A program made the translations under genes and the position numbers. Positions 36,402 to 50,960 of a stretch of DNA of 64,000 nt are shown here, one piece after another; the stretch's first letter is position 1; every line of letters starts with the position of its first letter. Source of the stretch: Raillietiella orientalis. Its lineage: Eukaryota. A model generated the notes under the pieces. That model did not search any database. It was not told where the DNA came from and saw only the letters and a program-made list of their open reading frames with translations. The stretch is from contig JAYWIR010000036.1 of assembly GCA_036172245.1 (NCBI GenBank), positions 186,001 to 250,000 of the forward strand, given 5' to 3'.

Positions 36402-39400
36402 CTTTCTTTCGAAAAAGCAAAACCGCAGCAGCGGCAGCGATGCCCTCCCGGAGAACTTTCTCGCGGGGTCTCTTTCCACAGACACACGAAGAGCATTTGC
36501 TTACAGGCAAAATGGCTTTTTCCTTGTTGCTTTCCGGTGCGCAGCTGTGTGCGTTCCTTCTTCCCACTTGCTTCCACCACCACCACCACCACCACCACAC
36601 TAGGCAAACACTACAACCCCTGAGGCACCTCCGCTTCGAAGGACAGGAAAAAAACGACCGGAAAACCTGGTCCTCAGAGCATATCGCAGGTCACTCCGCG
36701 GGCACGGGGCAGCAGCGCACGCACAACTGGGCAATAGTGGCTCGGGAAAAACGGGAGGAAGGGGGCACCTCCCGGGGGACAAAAAATTCTTCCTTTTTTT
36801 CTCCTGCTCCTCCTTGCCGGGAGCGGCGGAGGCATTCACGCTGGCCAGGGAGCAGCAGCAGCTTCGCGAGGCGACGACGTCGACCACCACCAGGAACAGG
36901 AACAACAACAACACCGCCGCCGCCACCACCACCACCACCACCGACGGGCTCTCGCTTGGTCGCTCGCGGCCACTCTCGCCGGCTCGGTGACACTCGCCGC
37001 ACGCCCGCCCGCCTTCGTGCGGGTCCAACGCTCAACTCGGAACTGGTCCGTCCGACAGCCTGCCTCGTGCGTTTCCTCGCCTGCGTCGGGAGGGGGGGGG
37101 AGAGAGAAAGGGAAAGAGAGCGGGAGGAGGAGGAGGGGGGAGGCAAAGAGCGCGAATGGAACGCGAACCTGTGCCGCGATGTCTCTGCCGCTGAGGCTTT
37201 CGCACTCGCCCGCCCGAGGGCGCGCGAGAGGGCACACGCTCTCGAGCCTCGCGCACAGGGGCGGGAAGGCGCGATGCTGCGGGGAGAAAAAGACGCGGAG
37301 GAGGAGGAGGAGGGGGGAGCATGGTGGACGCGAGGGAGCCACGGGATACGCGCCGTCTCCGCAAGCGGGCACGCGGGAACGAGGCACCACCGAAAGGGGT
37401 ACGCCTCTCGCGCGGGGTCCGAAATCCCCGCGCTGCCGTTTCCAATCACGGCGGCCGTGGCGGGAAAATCTTCCAGAGCGAACGCGCGCCGCCGAAAAAC
37501 CTTCTTTCCACTTCGGTTTTTTTCCCTTTTCCGTTTTTAATTTATTTTATTTATTATTTTGTTGTTTTTTTTTGTTTTTTGTTCAGGGGAGGGGGGGGGA
37601 TTCGCCTAGGCGTCTCGTTCGGCCGCTTCCAAAGCAGCGGGACGCGCCAAAGGAACGAGGCGAAGGGTCGATCTCCTCCTCCTCCTCCTTCTCCTCCTCC
37701 TCCTCCTCCTCTTCTTCCTGCCCGGCGCCGCCGCTCCTCTCGTGCGTGCCGCCCACGTTCCGGGTGGCGGCGGAATCCCCACGGAGAGGAACCCTGGCAG
37801 GAGACAAGGCAACCGGCTGGGGAGGCGATGCCTCGTCGCCGTGGGAACTCCGCGTTGCCGCCTCCGGGAGATGAATCGGTGGTCCACGCCCCGCGGGAGG
37901 CGCTTCCTGGAAGGGGAACGGGGGCGAAGGAACCGCCAGACCCTCCCTCCAGGTCCCTCCGCTGCGGACGCACGAGCCGTGGCGTCTTCGCTCCCTCCGG
38001 TCCCGTGTCCTCCACCCTCGGGCAGGGGACCCGCGACGCGGTCGTCCGCGCCTATAGAGTCGCCGGAGTCGGGAAGGGCCGCATCGGGCGCCGGTGGGCG
38101 GTGGTCGTTGCCCTGGGAGACAGCAGGGGGGAAGAGCGCCTGCCAATGCCCCAGGAGGAAAGGCAGCGTGAGCTCCGGCCAGCCGGCCCCTCCGTTCGGA
38201 AGGCACCACGCACGAGCGATGGCGCACTCCCCGAGCGGCCGGCGAGAGTCGCTACCACTGGATGGGGTGGAAGCGACAGGCCCGCCTGACCATCTCCACG
38301 GGGTCGTGCGGCGGCACGGCGCTGCCGCATGGACCTCCAGAAGGGTGAGGTACTGCCCGTCGTCCCTCCTTTACCCATCCGGATTTTTTGTGTATGTGCT
38401 TCTATTTTTAGAACAAGCGCGCCCCGGCGTGACCGGTCAAAGACGCTGCTCGCCTCCTTCGTCCACCTCCGTCCCGTCTTCTCTTCCCCGCCTTCTCCCC
38501 ACCTCCCACTGTGCCTCGCCCCCCTTCCTTGGCTGCGTCCTGACCCCCTCGTCCACCTTGTGCTTGGCGAGGGGCGGGGGCAGCGTGCTGGACTACCGCC
38601 CCCTCCTGGGAGGTGAATGCTGGGTAGACCCCGCGGACCCCTGGGCTCTGCCCCGGGAGCAGGGTGCAACAGCAGCAGCAGCAGCAGGGCGGTCGCCAGC
38701 CGGTGACCCCCTCCCTTTTCCCTTGCGGGGAGGAGCTCATCCCGCAGATGGAGCGGAAGAACGCGGAAACGGACGGGCTGGGGTCTCCTCGGGTCAAGCC
38801 GCAGGCACCCCTGCGACCTCGGGTGACGCTCCCGCGGTTCCCTCGCTGCGGCGGCGGCCTCCGCGAGGTCGAGTGGGGAGACCTTCCGCTTGGGACGGGA
38901 GATCGGCTGGCCCCCCTCCCACCAGGTCACTTGCACTCTTCCTGACTCTGATACTGCCCCGATCCCTCCCCAAGGGTACGCGCTGGCGTTGCAGCTCGCC
39001 AGTCTGAGAAATAGTGCTCAGGGATGGGGAGGGGAGCTCCTGGCACACCCGTCTATGACTGGGTACCAATGTCGCCGCTGCCGCCGCTCCTCGCCGTTGG
39101 GGGTCCCCCTACGGCGTGCCACGCGTGGGCGGGAAGATCGGCGACCGGCCACGCGACCCCACCTCCTCCGCGGCGGAGCGCGGGGCATTGGGAGGGGGGG
39201 GGGAAGGCGGCAGCACCCTCTTGCGTCCCCTGGGGACGGGGCACCCTGCAGAGGGCAGCGACCGGCGCGCTGCGTCTCGAGAGCGGCGGCGGGAGGAGGG
39301 AGATTTACGGCCCTGCCGGCAGGGACCCGCTCGACCGGGAGTCCCGCTGTTCTCAAGCGGGGGGCCGCTCGCGAGGAGCGCGTCGGAGCAACTGCGTAAA

Positions 39401-42400
39401 TTTCGCAGGAATCGCCGCTGCGCGAAGGACGGCGATCTCCCCCCCCCTTCGCAGGGAGGCGCCGCCCAGCTGCTCCGACGGGGGTCGCGCAGGCACATGT
39501 GAGGAAGGACGGGAGGGCCAACAGGTGAGGGTTGAGAGTGACCGCCGGAGTCTCACAGAGGAGGGGAGCGATGGCCCACCTCGCGGGCAGCAGGGGGCGA
39601 AGGCAGAGAGTGTGCGCGCGTGCGCGGTGGTCCAAAGAGCGACCGTCGTGGGCTATGCTCTCGCAGCACTCCCACCGCCGCGAACGGCCGGCCGACGACG
39701 GCGGAGTTCCTTCTCTTTCGGTCGCCATGTTGGCATGCGGGGTTGCGTGCGGTACGTGGAGCAAACAGCAACAATGAAGGGGAAAGAGGAAGGGGGGGGA
39801 GGGGGTAACTGCAGAACGAAAAGCGCATGTGAGTTTGTGAGCTGCCTCATCGTTCCCCCTGACCCCTCCTCCCCCATATTGGCACGTGCCCCATGACTCG
39901 GTCGCTGCCGCCGCCACCACGGAACGACCCACAGGAATGTCCGCGCGCTCTTCTAGGGACTCTCCTGGAAGAGCGAGCGTAAAGAGGAGGGGATAGGGGA
40001 TCCTCCGACAGGAGCAGGCAGTTCCTGCGCGTCCCCCTCCCCCCCCCCAGCATGACACCGTAAGCGATTGTGACGCGTCCCGGCAGCTCCGCGCCTCCTC
40101 CGCCGCCGCCGCATAGCGCCACGCGCGGCGGCTTTTGAGTAACGGCAACCGAAAAGAGGTTCCCTGGACGCGTCGGGAACAAGTTCGGGATCTCACCGGG
40201 ACCTCTGCGAAGGAGAGAAGGGATGGGAGGGGGAAGAGGTGGAAGAGGTGGAGAAAATGGCGAGCGCGCTCACGCGCGAGGACGGAATGACGAAGGCAGG
40301 GGGAAACAAGGATTCTTCGTTCCCGGGTTCAAGATGGCCCGTAGGCGGAGGGGTTGGCGCCAAAGTAGTCACCGCAGCCCGCCGAGTCTTCGCTTGCCGT
40401 GCCTGTGCCTCGTTCGGTGCTCCCCGTTGCCATGACGCTGCGGCAAGGCACGGGATCGATCCCGCGGCGGCCGCCAGTCCTCAGCGGTGCCGAGGTGCTG
40501 AGGCGGCGACGACTGCCCTGCCGTCGTTGTCCCTGAGGTCCCCATCCGGCTCGCTCGCTTTGCCCCGACCCTGCTGTCGGTAAAGTAGCCTCCACTTCCC
40601 GGAGGAACCTCATCCCTGAGCGCTAATCGCCCGAAGGGACCCGGACTGTGACGTTGCCTGGTGGAGGGGAAGGAGAACGAAGGGGAGAGGGTGGCCGATG
40701 AGAGAGGAACATTCCCGTGGGCACGTTATGTCGTCCTCGGGACGCTGGGACGTCAGCTGCCGGCCTCGTTAACAAGGAAGGGCGACGCCCGCTGGCGGCT
40801 GTGCCGCCTTCGGGACGCGTAGCGCTGGGTCGGCAGCGTGCGCGTGCATATGAGGGCGTGCTTTGCGCACAAGCCGCTCCCTCCGTGCCGGGGCTCACTC
40901 GCGCGACCACGGCTGCCTGTCGTGCGCACAAGCGGTGCTTCCCCTTCCGGCCCGCTGGCTCGTGCGGGAGGCGCCTCTGGGAAACTCCGGAGTCACCTGG
41001 CTGTTGCTGCTGCGGCTGCTGCGCGAACGCATCCTCGGCGTCCCCTTTGCCTTGAGTCCCCACTTTCACTACGCGCGCGCGCGGGGGGGGAGAAGCCAAA
41101 AAAAGAAAAACAGCAGCAGCGGCGGCGGCGGAGCGCGGCGCTGGGTGGACGCAGCTGCTGGCACCTCCCAGGAATGCGCGCGGGGGCGAGAGGTGCCTTT
41201 TCAGCTTCGTCGCGAACGCACCTCGAGGGGGGCAGGGCCGATAGCGCCTCCAGGCGGACTGCTGGCCGGGCAGGGAGGGAATGAAGCGGGGAGGGAGAGG
41301 AAACCTGTCTTCCTCTAGGGAGGCGTACAGCAAGCAGCAGGAAAGGCGGGAAACGCGTCCTCCCCTCCCGGCAGGGAACGGTAACGAACAAAGCGAACCG
41401 GTCCGACGGGGTCCGACACCACTGCTTCCAGAGGGCGGACAGGGCACTGCCAAAGGTCCCGGATGATTGTCGCTGCTCTCCCTGGCGGATCCAGGAGCGG
41501 ACCCTCCGGAAGAGGGTCTTCACGGAAGGAGGGTCGCTTAGGAAGAGACCCTGGCTTCCCTTTTTTTCCCGAACCCTGCGTGCAGTATCGGAGGTCACAG
41601 GACGGGGAGGCGGCTCCTCCCCCTCGGTCGCCGGGTTACGGGGTCCCTTCCCACTTCGCTGTGCCGATGCGCCACCGCCACTCTAACCGGTGGTGAAGAC
41701 CGAAAGCGGGGACTTCCGAGGCGGAAACCTCGAGTGTCGACTCATCCGCTCTGCTCCGCCCGCCGCATCCCCGCGCGCGCGAGCGTCCGAGGAGGCGCAT
41801 TCCTGCCGCCGGATCGCCCCCGCCCGCAGTCCGGTCCCTGAGGGCGTCCCAGCATTCGCACCACTCGCGCGAGCGGCTCTCTTCCCTTTCCCGGTTCTCC
41901 AGAGGCTCCACTTTTCTTTTTTGTTTTTTCTTTTTCTTCCTCCTTCCCTGCGCCCGTAGCTACGCCCGCCACGACGTGTTGACCGCGACGGTCGTCTCCC
42001 TCCTGGCAGATCGCGGACCATCCTGTGGCTGAGGAACCCAATGATGCGGCAGTCCTTTTCACACTCCCTATCGATCGCCAGTCGGGTGAGGGCAAGGGAG
42101 GTTCTTGTCCCCAGAAACTCGGAAAAGCGACGCACCGAGGTCCCGAAAATGATGGGCGCCGCTCGAGGATCGCTGGGAAAACTCCGTTGCGGCCATCCCG
42201 AAGGGAGTCGGTGACCGGAGGAGCAGACTCCTCATCCCTGCTCCCCCTTTCCCTCTTAGAGGAAGGGAAGGAAGAGGAGGAGAGGAGGAGAACGTCACCG
42301 CAACTTCCCTGGCTCAGTTGCGCAGGACCGGGCACCGGGGAATCCAGAAAGAGAGAGGCCCTTGCGACGGATTCCCGCCGGGATAACAATCGCGGCACCA

Positions 42401-43000
42401 TCCTGCAGAACAGCGATGTGTCCCTTTATTGTTCTTCCCCCTGAGAGATGATGGTGCTTCCAGCTTCCATATCCGTCCGTCGCGCGCTCACAACAACGCC
42501 GGCAGGAAATGGAAGAGTCCGGCCCGAGACGGAGCCTCCTCTTTCATTTCCTCGATGCTTTTCAGCTGCTTTTCTGGCGTATGCCTGAATGGCGGCAAGA
42601 ACTTTGCTGCCGGGCTGAGGGTGAAACCGGAACGCTGGCCTTTCGAGAACCCACGGGGCGCGAGGAGCTCATTGTGTCCGAGAGGACGCCGCCGCTTTCA
42701 TCGTTTTCCGACGTTCCTCAAGGAACACGCTGAGCTACGAAGACAATGATGATGCGGTCCTGAATCATCTCCCCCCCCTCCGCCCCTTGCTTTTCTTTCT
42801 CCCCCCCTCCCCTGTACTGCGACGGGCACGTTTTTCTTTGCTCTGTCGTTTTTTTTTTCCTTCCCTCCTCCCCCCCGCTCGGCAGAGGTTCATTTGCAAA
42901 GGATACGCCGATTTTCCATATCGAATTCGGTTTTCAAGCATCGCGTGCACCGCCACAAGTGAAGCGATCGCCTAACAGGGCGAAGCGATCTCGGGTTCGC

Positions 43001-43210
43001 GACAATTTCGTTTTTCTTTGTGTGCGCTCTTGATGGGCGAGTGTTAACAATGGTTTTCTTTCGGAGAGCGTGACGGGAGTCTCAACAATGGTTTTCTTTC
43101 GAAGTGCGTGAAGGGCGAATTTCAACAATAATTTCCCTTCGGCGTGCTCCTGCGTGGCAACAATGGATGTGAGCGACTGGACTTGTCGTTTGCAACAATG
43201 GTTTCTTGTG
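43001..43210. repeat. Degenerate 35-40 bp tandem array with a recurrent AACAAT(G) core
   Basis: AACAAT starts at 43046, 43084, 43124, 43159 and 43194. The first two units share aacaatggttttctttcg exactly. Confidence 0.75.
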
Positions 43211-46200
43211 TGTGTGTTTTTTCTGCGGGGCGTGCAGGAAGCAACGAACGAATCGTCGCCCCCTACGGTCGGACTCGGCAGCAGCGCTGACGTCATTTCG
43301 GAGGGGGTGAAGAAGCCTTTCGCCCTCCTCGGAGCAGCGGAGCCTGGGCAATCGTCACACGAAACACCAAAGGGGAAAAAGGAAGGAAGGGAGGGAGGGA
43401 AGGGGAGGACGATGCTCTCCGGATAGCTTCGACAGTGCGGATGACACTCAGCTCCAGCTACACGCATTCTCCGAGCACGGTTGTTTGCGTTTCCCTAACG
43501 ACGTGTCAGTCAGCTTGATAATTCAAGTAGAGGGAATGATAAACGGGAGCGCCGCTGCCGGGGAACTCCGGCTCGGGAAGAAAGCCTCCTCGACCGGAGC
43601 GGGGTACGCTGCTGGGTGCAGTCGGCGCGGATCCCCGGCGGGACGGGGGCGGAACGGAGATCTTCCGAAGATTCGGCGGAAGGGAAGGAGGCGGCGCCGG
43701 TGCAGCTTCCGCAGAAGCGGAGGAGTTCCCTTCCCTCCTCACCCCACTCTTTTTCAACCTTTCTCGCGTGGTCTCCTTTTCTTCGAGCTTCGTTCCCCTT
43801 GTGCTGGGACCTCTTCCCCCCCCCCTCCCTCGCTACGCGTGGAGGAGGGCGACTACTTTCGCGACGCTTCCCAGGCGATCCATTCCGCTACGAGGACGAC
43901 GGCGTTCCCAAAGAAACCCCAGAAGTTCCTCCGGGCTCCGACAGGAAGCCCCAAGGCAAAGAAGGCAAGGACGAACGCGCTCTCCCTCCTGCTCCTTACG
44001 CAGCAGGAAGCGTGGGTTTCAGGTTTCCTGACTGCTCCCCTTCTTTCCTTTCTTCTTTCCCCTCCCTTTCCTCTCCCTTTTCACAGCAGGTAGAAATAGG
44101 CTGACCGGGCGCAAAGTACTCGTCCTTTTCGAGAAGAGAGTCGTCCCGACCCAGGCATGTCCCGGGGAGCGACGCTGCAGTGGGCACTGCCGTTCCGGGA
44201 CTGTCCCTGAGGAGCCCCCCCGGGGGTCCCTGAGGTGACCTGTCTCGAAATCTGGAAGGGACGTGTGAAGAGGGACGGGGAGCGTCCGTTCGAGCGCTTT
44301 GAAGCGCCTCACTGCCAGAGGCTGCGCTCGCCCGCGCAAGCGGAAGGTGGCGGCCGAATTACGCGTAGAGGAAGGGAAGTGGATGCTTGCTGCCCTTCTC
44401 TGATCCGGACCTCAGCGGGCCGCGGGCGAGAATGGACCCCTCCTTTGAAAGAGAACGCGCTCATTCTGGGAACGCCTCTTTCCGCGCGACGCCGACCGCG
44501 GGCGGGAGCTGCCGCTGCCGAGGGGTTCGCGCGTGCTCCCAGAGGCCGGGCCCGATGGGGAAGAAGGACGCGTTGGCGTGCGTTTCCTCTCCTCCTCCTC
44601 CTCGTTCTTCTCCCTCTTTCCCGTTCGGCGCAGCTGCCGTTGGGGAATGTGGGTGGGGGTGAGGGGGCAGGGTTGGGGGGGGGAGAAAAGGTGGACGTCA
44701 GACGCCCTTTCTGTGCTCTTTCCTTCCAGTCAACCCCCGTCGTTCTCCAGCAAGCGCTTCGCGGAAGAAGTCGCGCCTCCTCCTCCCCCTTCATCCGTCG
44801 CGGTTCGGATAGCCACCCCACCGCGGCCCGCGGGCGGACGGGAAAGGAAGGGGGGGGAGGGAGAGGGCGCCCGACCTTGGGAAAGAAGCAACGGCGGGGG
44901 CGACGGGAGAAGGCGTCTCTCTCTCTCTTGGGTGTTCAGCAGCCCCTCCCCCGGCAACGAGCATCCTCATCACCCGGCGGACCTTGCGGCGTCTGCCGGA
45001 ACGCAGCCGCCTGCCAAGCGTCACCGCCCCTGGTGGTAGAAAGTGAAAGCTCGGAAGGTCTTCAAGGACGGCAGCGTGCGCCGACGCGTGCGAGGAGGGC
45101 GAGACGAGGGGAGCCGGTACGTTTGGAAGTGTGCGGTAGCGGCAAGCGGGACAGACCCCCGGAAGGGATGGAGGAGGAGGAGGGCGTGGCGACTATGAAG
45201 AGAGACTCAGGAGACGGCCAGCAGCTGTGCCTCCGGTGCACGGCGTCTCCCGGGACGGAAGCAGCAGCTAAGCGGCCATCGAGGCTGGGTGCGCGCAACG
45301 CCCCACAGCGTCGGTCCGGGAGGAAGGGCGGCCGTCCGTCCCTTCCGAAATTCGGGAGGAGGTCACGTGACCCGCCTCAACTCGCGGAAGAATTCCCGCC
45401 GGATCCCTCGACCACCGCGAGGAGGAGCAGGGCAGGGTAGGGGTCAGGATGGGAGTCTTCCCTGTGCCGCCAGCAGTAGCAGCGGCCCTTGGGTGCGTCC
45501 TCGCCCGCAGCTCTCTGCAGTCCGGGCCAGAGGAGGACAGCGTAACTCGGAGCCCCCCCCCCTCCTCTGCGCGTAACTCGGCGCCATCATCCGCTCCCTC
45601 CAGGCGGCACGCAAGTCGTCCGCCTGGTCCCGAATGCCTGCGCGCAGCCATGTACGACAACTCGGAAAAAGGCAGGAGGCGGTGAGTCGGAGCCATGCAG
45701 GGCGCGCACCCCGAGCGCGATGCAGGGGTGGCGAAGGTGGTCGCGGTGGTGAAAGGCTGTCTCGCTGCTCCCTCCCTCCTCCGATTCTTTTCTTCCCCCC
45801 TTTGCCAGGGGAAAAAAACAAGAACCACGAGATGGGGAGGAGTTCGAGCCATCCGGACGAGCAGGGCGGACGACGACTCGCGAGTCGAGAGGGACGAAGG
45901 TGCCGCCGCGGCACGCGGGGGACGGGAGGGTCGCGCCAACGCTAACAAGGCCACCTCGTGAACATGCGAGCGTGGCACCCTTTGGGGTGGGGAGCGTTTC
46001 TCTTTCGCCGAGAGAAGCCTCCGCGGTGACGCGGCGGCCGCTCCCCGAAGCACCGATGGCGCGCGCGAAACGCAAGGGGCGCACAGCGCGAGCGGCCCGT
46101 CGGCTTCCTCCCTTGAAGTGCGTGTCATCCGAACGTAATGCCACCGTCGAAGAAGCATCCCTTCGCTTAAGGGACGCTTTTCCGCCGACCGGGGGCGTCG

Positions 46201-46585
46201 AAAATCACAACGGGATCGACGTTTGCTTTGCTATCCTCCCCCCCCCAAGTTTCAGACTGCAGCCACAGGGAGACGGCGAACCAAACGCATCTTCTCTCGT
46301 TACCGCGGCAACGTTTTCGGTTGCGCGAGCGGCGGCGTTTTGAACGAGCGCTGGCCAGCCGGGCTCCCCCCCACGCATGCTCAGCACGGGGCGAGCGCCC
46401 GCGGGCGCGCGCTGCGCCGAAGGGCACACGGCCGTGCGGAACGAACGGCGGCGGTGGGTGAGTGGGTGATTGCGTTGCGTTGCGGTGCACATCGCATGCA
46501 ATGATCGCGGGAGGACTCACGCGAACACGCCGCCGCATGGGGAAGGCACGGAGCGGCGGACCACCGACGGCTTGTTCCTTCCTGC

Positions 46586-46624
<39 letters not shown>

Positions 46625-49600
46625 CCGCCCCCTCCCCCTCCCTCTTGCTCGCGAGCTCCTCCCCTCTCCTGTTAACAAGGTAGCAAATATCGCGTTTGTA
46701 ATTAGAAGAGGAGGAAGAAGGAAACAAGCGACGGTAATGCAGGCCAACGCGCGCTCAACGCTCTCTTTTTTTTTTTCCTTTTCCTGCATCCCCTCCTCCC
46801 CTCACCCGCCCACCCTCTTCCCCTGCCTTCTCCTCCTCCCCCTTCCTTTTCCCTCTTTCTGCTTTTTCATGTTTCGGCGCTGAAGGCCTCCGCGCGCGCA
46901 CTAAGCCGTTTCCTCCCGCCGACAGATGAACTCGGGGCCGTTCCGAATACTAAAAGGCTGTTAAAGCAGAAAAGTAGCGCCGCTCCGGTCGTTCAGCTCT
47001 TTTTTGTCCCCCCCATATTCACAGGTGACAAATGATAGCAAATCATATGCGTGTCGTTTCGGTGAATGCATCACCTGATCGGATCTATGCGCGTATCAAT
47101 CACTCCGGGAGGAGGGAGGGGGAGAGGGAAGGGGAGGGGGGCGACGCGCGCTTTCCCCCCTCCCCCGCCGTGGACCGTGGAAGATCCTGCGCGTTCGCGC
47201 GCGACTTCTGCCCTTTCAAAAGAATCTTGCCAGAAGCTGAGCTCCCCCACAGAGGGCCGAAAAGGAACTTTCGGGGGGTGGAAGAGGAGGAGGGGGGGGG
47301 GGGAGGAGAGCTAACGGACACGGCGGCGTCAAGGAGGGCATTGTTGCCGTGCGCGTGAAGGGGGCGGACGCACTGCGCGCTCAACAAAGCGCGCGCGTCG
47401 CCGTGGAGACGAGGGAGAGGAGAATGAATAAAAGAAAAGGAAAAAAAAAAAGGAATGCTCTCGGGCGCAATTTTTCTTCTTTTTTCCTCCCTTCGCCCCG
47501 GACCGGCCGAGCGTTCCCCGTCGTCTTCCCTTTCGACGGACGAGGGTGCCTTCGCGGTCTGGACGCTGCCGACCCACACGCTTTGGAAACGCGCGCGCCC
47601 GTCCGAATCCAAGTCTCCCTCCATCGCCAGCACCACGTACCCACCAGCAGCTCACTGCTCCCCTCCCCCTCTCCCCTCCCACCCCTCGTAGAAGAGGCAG
47701 GGGGGAGGGGAAGGGGCTCGCTGCCCATCATGATGGTCGCTCCCCGAGAAGCCAAAGGATGCTTCGCCGTCCCCGTGCGTGCGTGCGCGCGTCTGTTTTC
47801 TCCCTCGCACGCGTTTCCCAAGGGAGAGGGAGGGACGGGGGGGGGGGGGGGGGAAGGGGGCAGGAAAGGAAGAAAAAAGAAAAAACGCGCTCGGCCAATC
47901 GCGAGAAAATCCCCGAGTGCGCTGCAGCTCAGCTTCGCTCGTCTGTGTGCGGCAAGGCGCGAGAGCTCCCGCGCCCACGCCTGCGTGAAGGGGCGCGCGT
48001 CCCCTCCCCCCCTCCCTTCCCCTCGAGTAGACACCCGGAAGCATTTGAAGCATCCGAATTGAAAAATTCCTGCCGACCGCCGTATCTACCGAGGACCAGT
48101 TTTCGGGGGAACGAAACTTCCGGCGTGCTGGGCGCCTGGAGCGCTTTTGCCTCGGCGGCAAGGGCAGGGAGGGAGAGGGGAGGAGACGCGCCGCCTTGCG
48201 GGGAGGACTCGCTCGGATCGCGGGGAGCTGCTGCCGGACCTCCCGGCGCGGAGGGAGGAGGCGCTGGAGCGCGGGTTGGCGTTGGGCGCCACCCGGTCCG
48301 TGGAGGAGGAAGCAGGGCGCGAGATCCCACCGGGTACCCCTCGCTCCAGACCGGCCGACCCCGGCGGCGAGCCCTGAGAGGTGCGCTTGCCGCACGTGGG
48401 CGGGGGCCTCCTCTCTACTCCTGCTGCGCCGGAGGGGGCACCACCGCGAAAGAGGTGAAGGAGGGCGAACGGTCGAACGGCATCGGAGGAGGGAGGAAGG
48501 GGAGGGGAAGGGGGAGTGAAAAAGCAGGAGGGCAGCAGCAGCGTCCCCGCGCAGGCAGAGAGCTGGCAGGATCTCCCCGGGCCGTGGTCATCGCTCGCTG
48601 AGGCACTCCCCCCCTCCCCTGCCTCCTCCTCCGTTCCTCTCCGTCGTCCGCCACCTCTCGGAACGAAACCGCAAGAGAAGCGGCTGCAGCTCCCGGGCCC
48701 ACCCTCCAGTCGTCCCTGGCAACGACGGTCGGTACCCACGGGAGCAGAGAAGCGAAGCAGCGGAAGGTCCTTGGGTGGCCTCGACCTAAAGTGACCCCTT
48801 GGTCCTTGGACGGGGCGTCGACTCCACTGCACTCGAGCGACCTTCCGTCCCCCAGAGACCCCTGCTTTACCGGAAAGGCGGAGGCTCGTCCGCCCGGGGG
48901 TTCCTTCCTATTCCTCGAGATAAAAAGAAAAGGGGTGGGTGCGGGGATTTACTGGGACGGGGTGGCCAGCGGACTTGTACGAAGAGAGAGCGGGAGAGAG
49001 AGGGGGGACGCGCCCTCTTCCACGCGAGACGACGAAGGCTCCGCCTGGAGGAGAGCAGCCGGTTTCCCTGGAGACCACGCGCATTAGCCGGGCAGTGAAT
49101 GAGACAAAAGGGGACGCTCCCGATCCCCCTTCCCCCCCTCCCCCATTCCTTTTCCCGGACCGCTCGACGGAAGTGCTTGGCGCACCTGAAGAAATGTCCA
49201 GCGCGGACTCGGCTCCTCCCCCCCGCCCCCCTCCCGCCGCCTTTCTTTACCCGCGCGCACGAGAGAGCGTGGAAGCTTCTGCTGCTACGCGACGCTCCCG
49301 CTGCGCGCGCGCCGGGGGAAACGCGCAGCCAGCCCGGTCGCACTTTTCTCGTCGTTGCCACTGGCCCGTCCCCGCCGGCGGCGGCTGGGGGCCCCCCTCC
49401 CTCGCTCCCCTCCTGCCTGCCGCCGCCGCCGCCGTCGCGACGACGACCACCTGGTCAGCTGCCTCCTCCCTCCCCGTTTCGGTGCCGGCGGCGGCGCAGC
49501 GAGCTCCGAGCGCCGCGTCGCCGTCTCGGAAGCCGAGGAGAGGCGCTGCGTGCCGGCGAAGCGCCTCCCGGGCGGCTGCGACGCGGCGGCGGGAATCTCC

Positions 49601-50960
49601 CGCCAAGCGTCGTCGCTCATCCTGTCAGAAGCGGCAGCTTCCTGAAGATGATATCGCTCGAGGGCAGCCGGCCCGCCGCCACCGCCGTTTTCTGCCGACT
49701 TCCTCCCTGGGCCGAGAGGTGCTTCTCCCCGCGCCTGGCCCACGACGCCGGGGGCTCGCTTTCCCGAGAAGGGGCGCGGTGCCCCCGTCCTCCGCTTGCG
49801 TGAATCCCCCCGTTGCCGGGGATACCGCGCCTCTCGGTTCCAAGTTCCATGTTTCGCGCGCTTATCGCATCCATCTTTCGAACCTGAAAGCATCCCGCGT
49901 ACGGAGCTGCTGTCAGTTTAATCACTGCTATTATTGTTTCTTACATCTCTTTAGTGCCCTTCTCAGCTCGTTAGTCACGGGGCAAAAAAAAAAAAAGGAG
50001 GGGGGGGAGGGGGGAGGAGGAGGAAACCGGATCGATTCGGTCGCTCGCTATCTGTTGCGTCATGCAATGCGACCGGACTGGCAGCGGTCGAGGCTTCTTT
50101 CCCCCCCCCCCTTCCTCCGCGTCGCCGTCCCTCCTCCTCCTCCTCAGGGCGCAGCGGCTTCGAGCAAACTGCGTGGCCCTCTCGGGGCTCACGCCCCTCC
50201 CCCCCCCCCTCAAGTGCCGCCGCCGAGAGGGAAGGAACGCATACGCGCGCGCGCACACCGCGCCCCGGCTGCGGCTGTCGAGAGAGAAGGGAGAAGGCCA
50301 AATCAAAATAATTAAGCAAGTTTGGACCGCAAGGAAAGACAAGGAAGCTGTAAATCACGCCTGGCGGCCGGCCGCCTTCTCCCCGGGGAACGACGACGTA
50401 ACGCAGCATTGTTGCGGCGCCGTTCCCCTTCCCTCCCGCCCTCTCCCCCTCGCTCACCCCGCGGTTTCCCCCCCGTTTTCACTTGTTGCTGAGCTCGGCG
50501 GCCTCCCGCCCGCCCTCGCCGGCCATTTTTTTTTCCCGGGAGACGCCGAAGAGAGACTCTTTCCCGTCCGACACGTTTTGGTGCGCGGGAGGAATTTCTC
50601 TTCTTCTTCCCCCCCCCCCCCCTCCCACCTCCCCTCGTCTTATCTGACCGGCAACTTCCCGTTGCGGGACGGACATTTTCCCACTTTCCGCAATAATTCA
50701 GCCGTTGGCTTTCCTACACCAAAGAGGCCAATTTTTGCGTGATACGGATCGTCGTGATGAATGGCTCCGCGGATCGGATCTTCTCGAATTGCAGTGTCGG
50801 TTTCCCAGACAGCAAGACGCAAGCTGCTCCGTTTTGTCTTCTCGCCCTACCGTGTGTGTGCGGCGGCGGCCCGCCCCAAGCGAGGTGACCACCGAAAAAG
50901 CGTTGCCTTCTCGTGCTCTGTGCGCGCAGCAACCCACAGCGTAGCACCTTTTGTCCCTCT

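Noticed and set aside
35708..37540. Longest ORF in the window (610 aa, +)
   Set aside because: It is Arg/Pro/Gly/Ala-rich low-complexity translation running through microsatellites and homopolymers (poly-His, poly-Pro, poly-Phe) with no domain. Such ORFs are expected in stop-poor GC-rich DNA. The same applies to 2367-3713, 29852-31306, 37742-39007, 44235-45440, 48939-50315 and 57619-58866.
43001..43210. Spaced repeats superficially like a CRISPR array
   Set aside because: The context is eukaryotic, the repeats are degenerate, the spacers are related to each other, and there are no cas genes.
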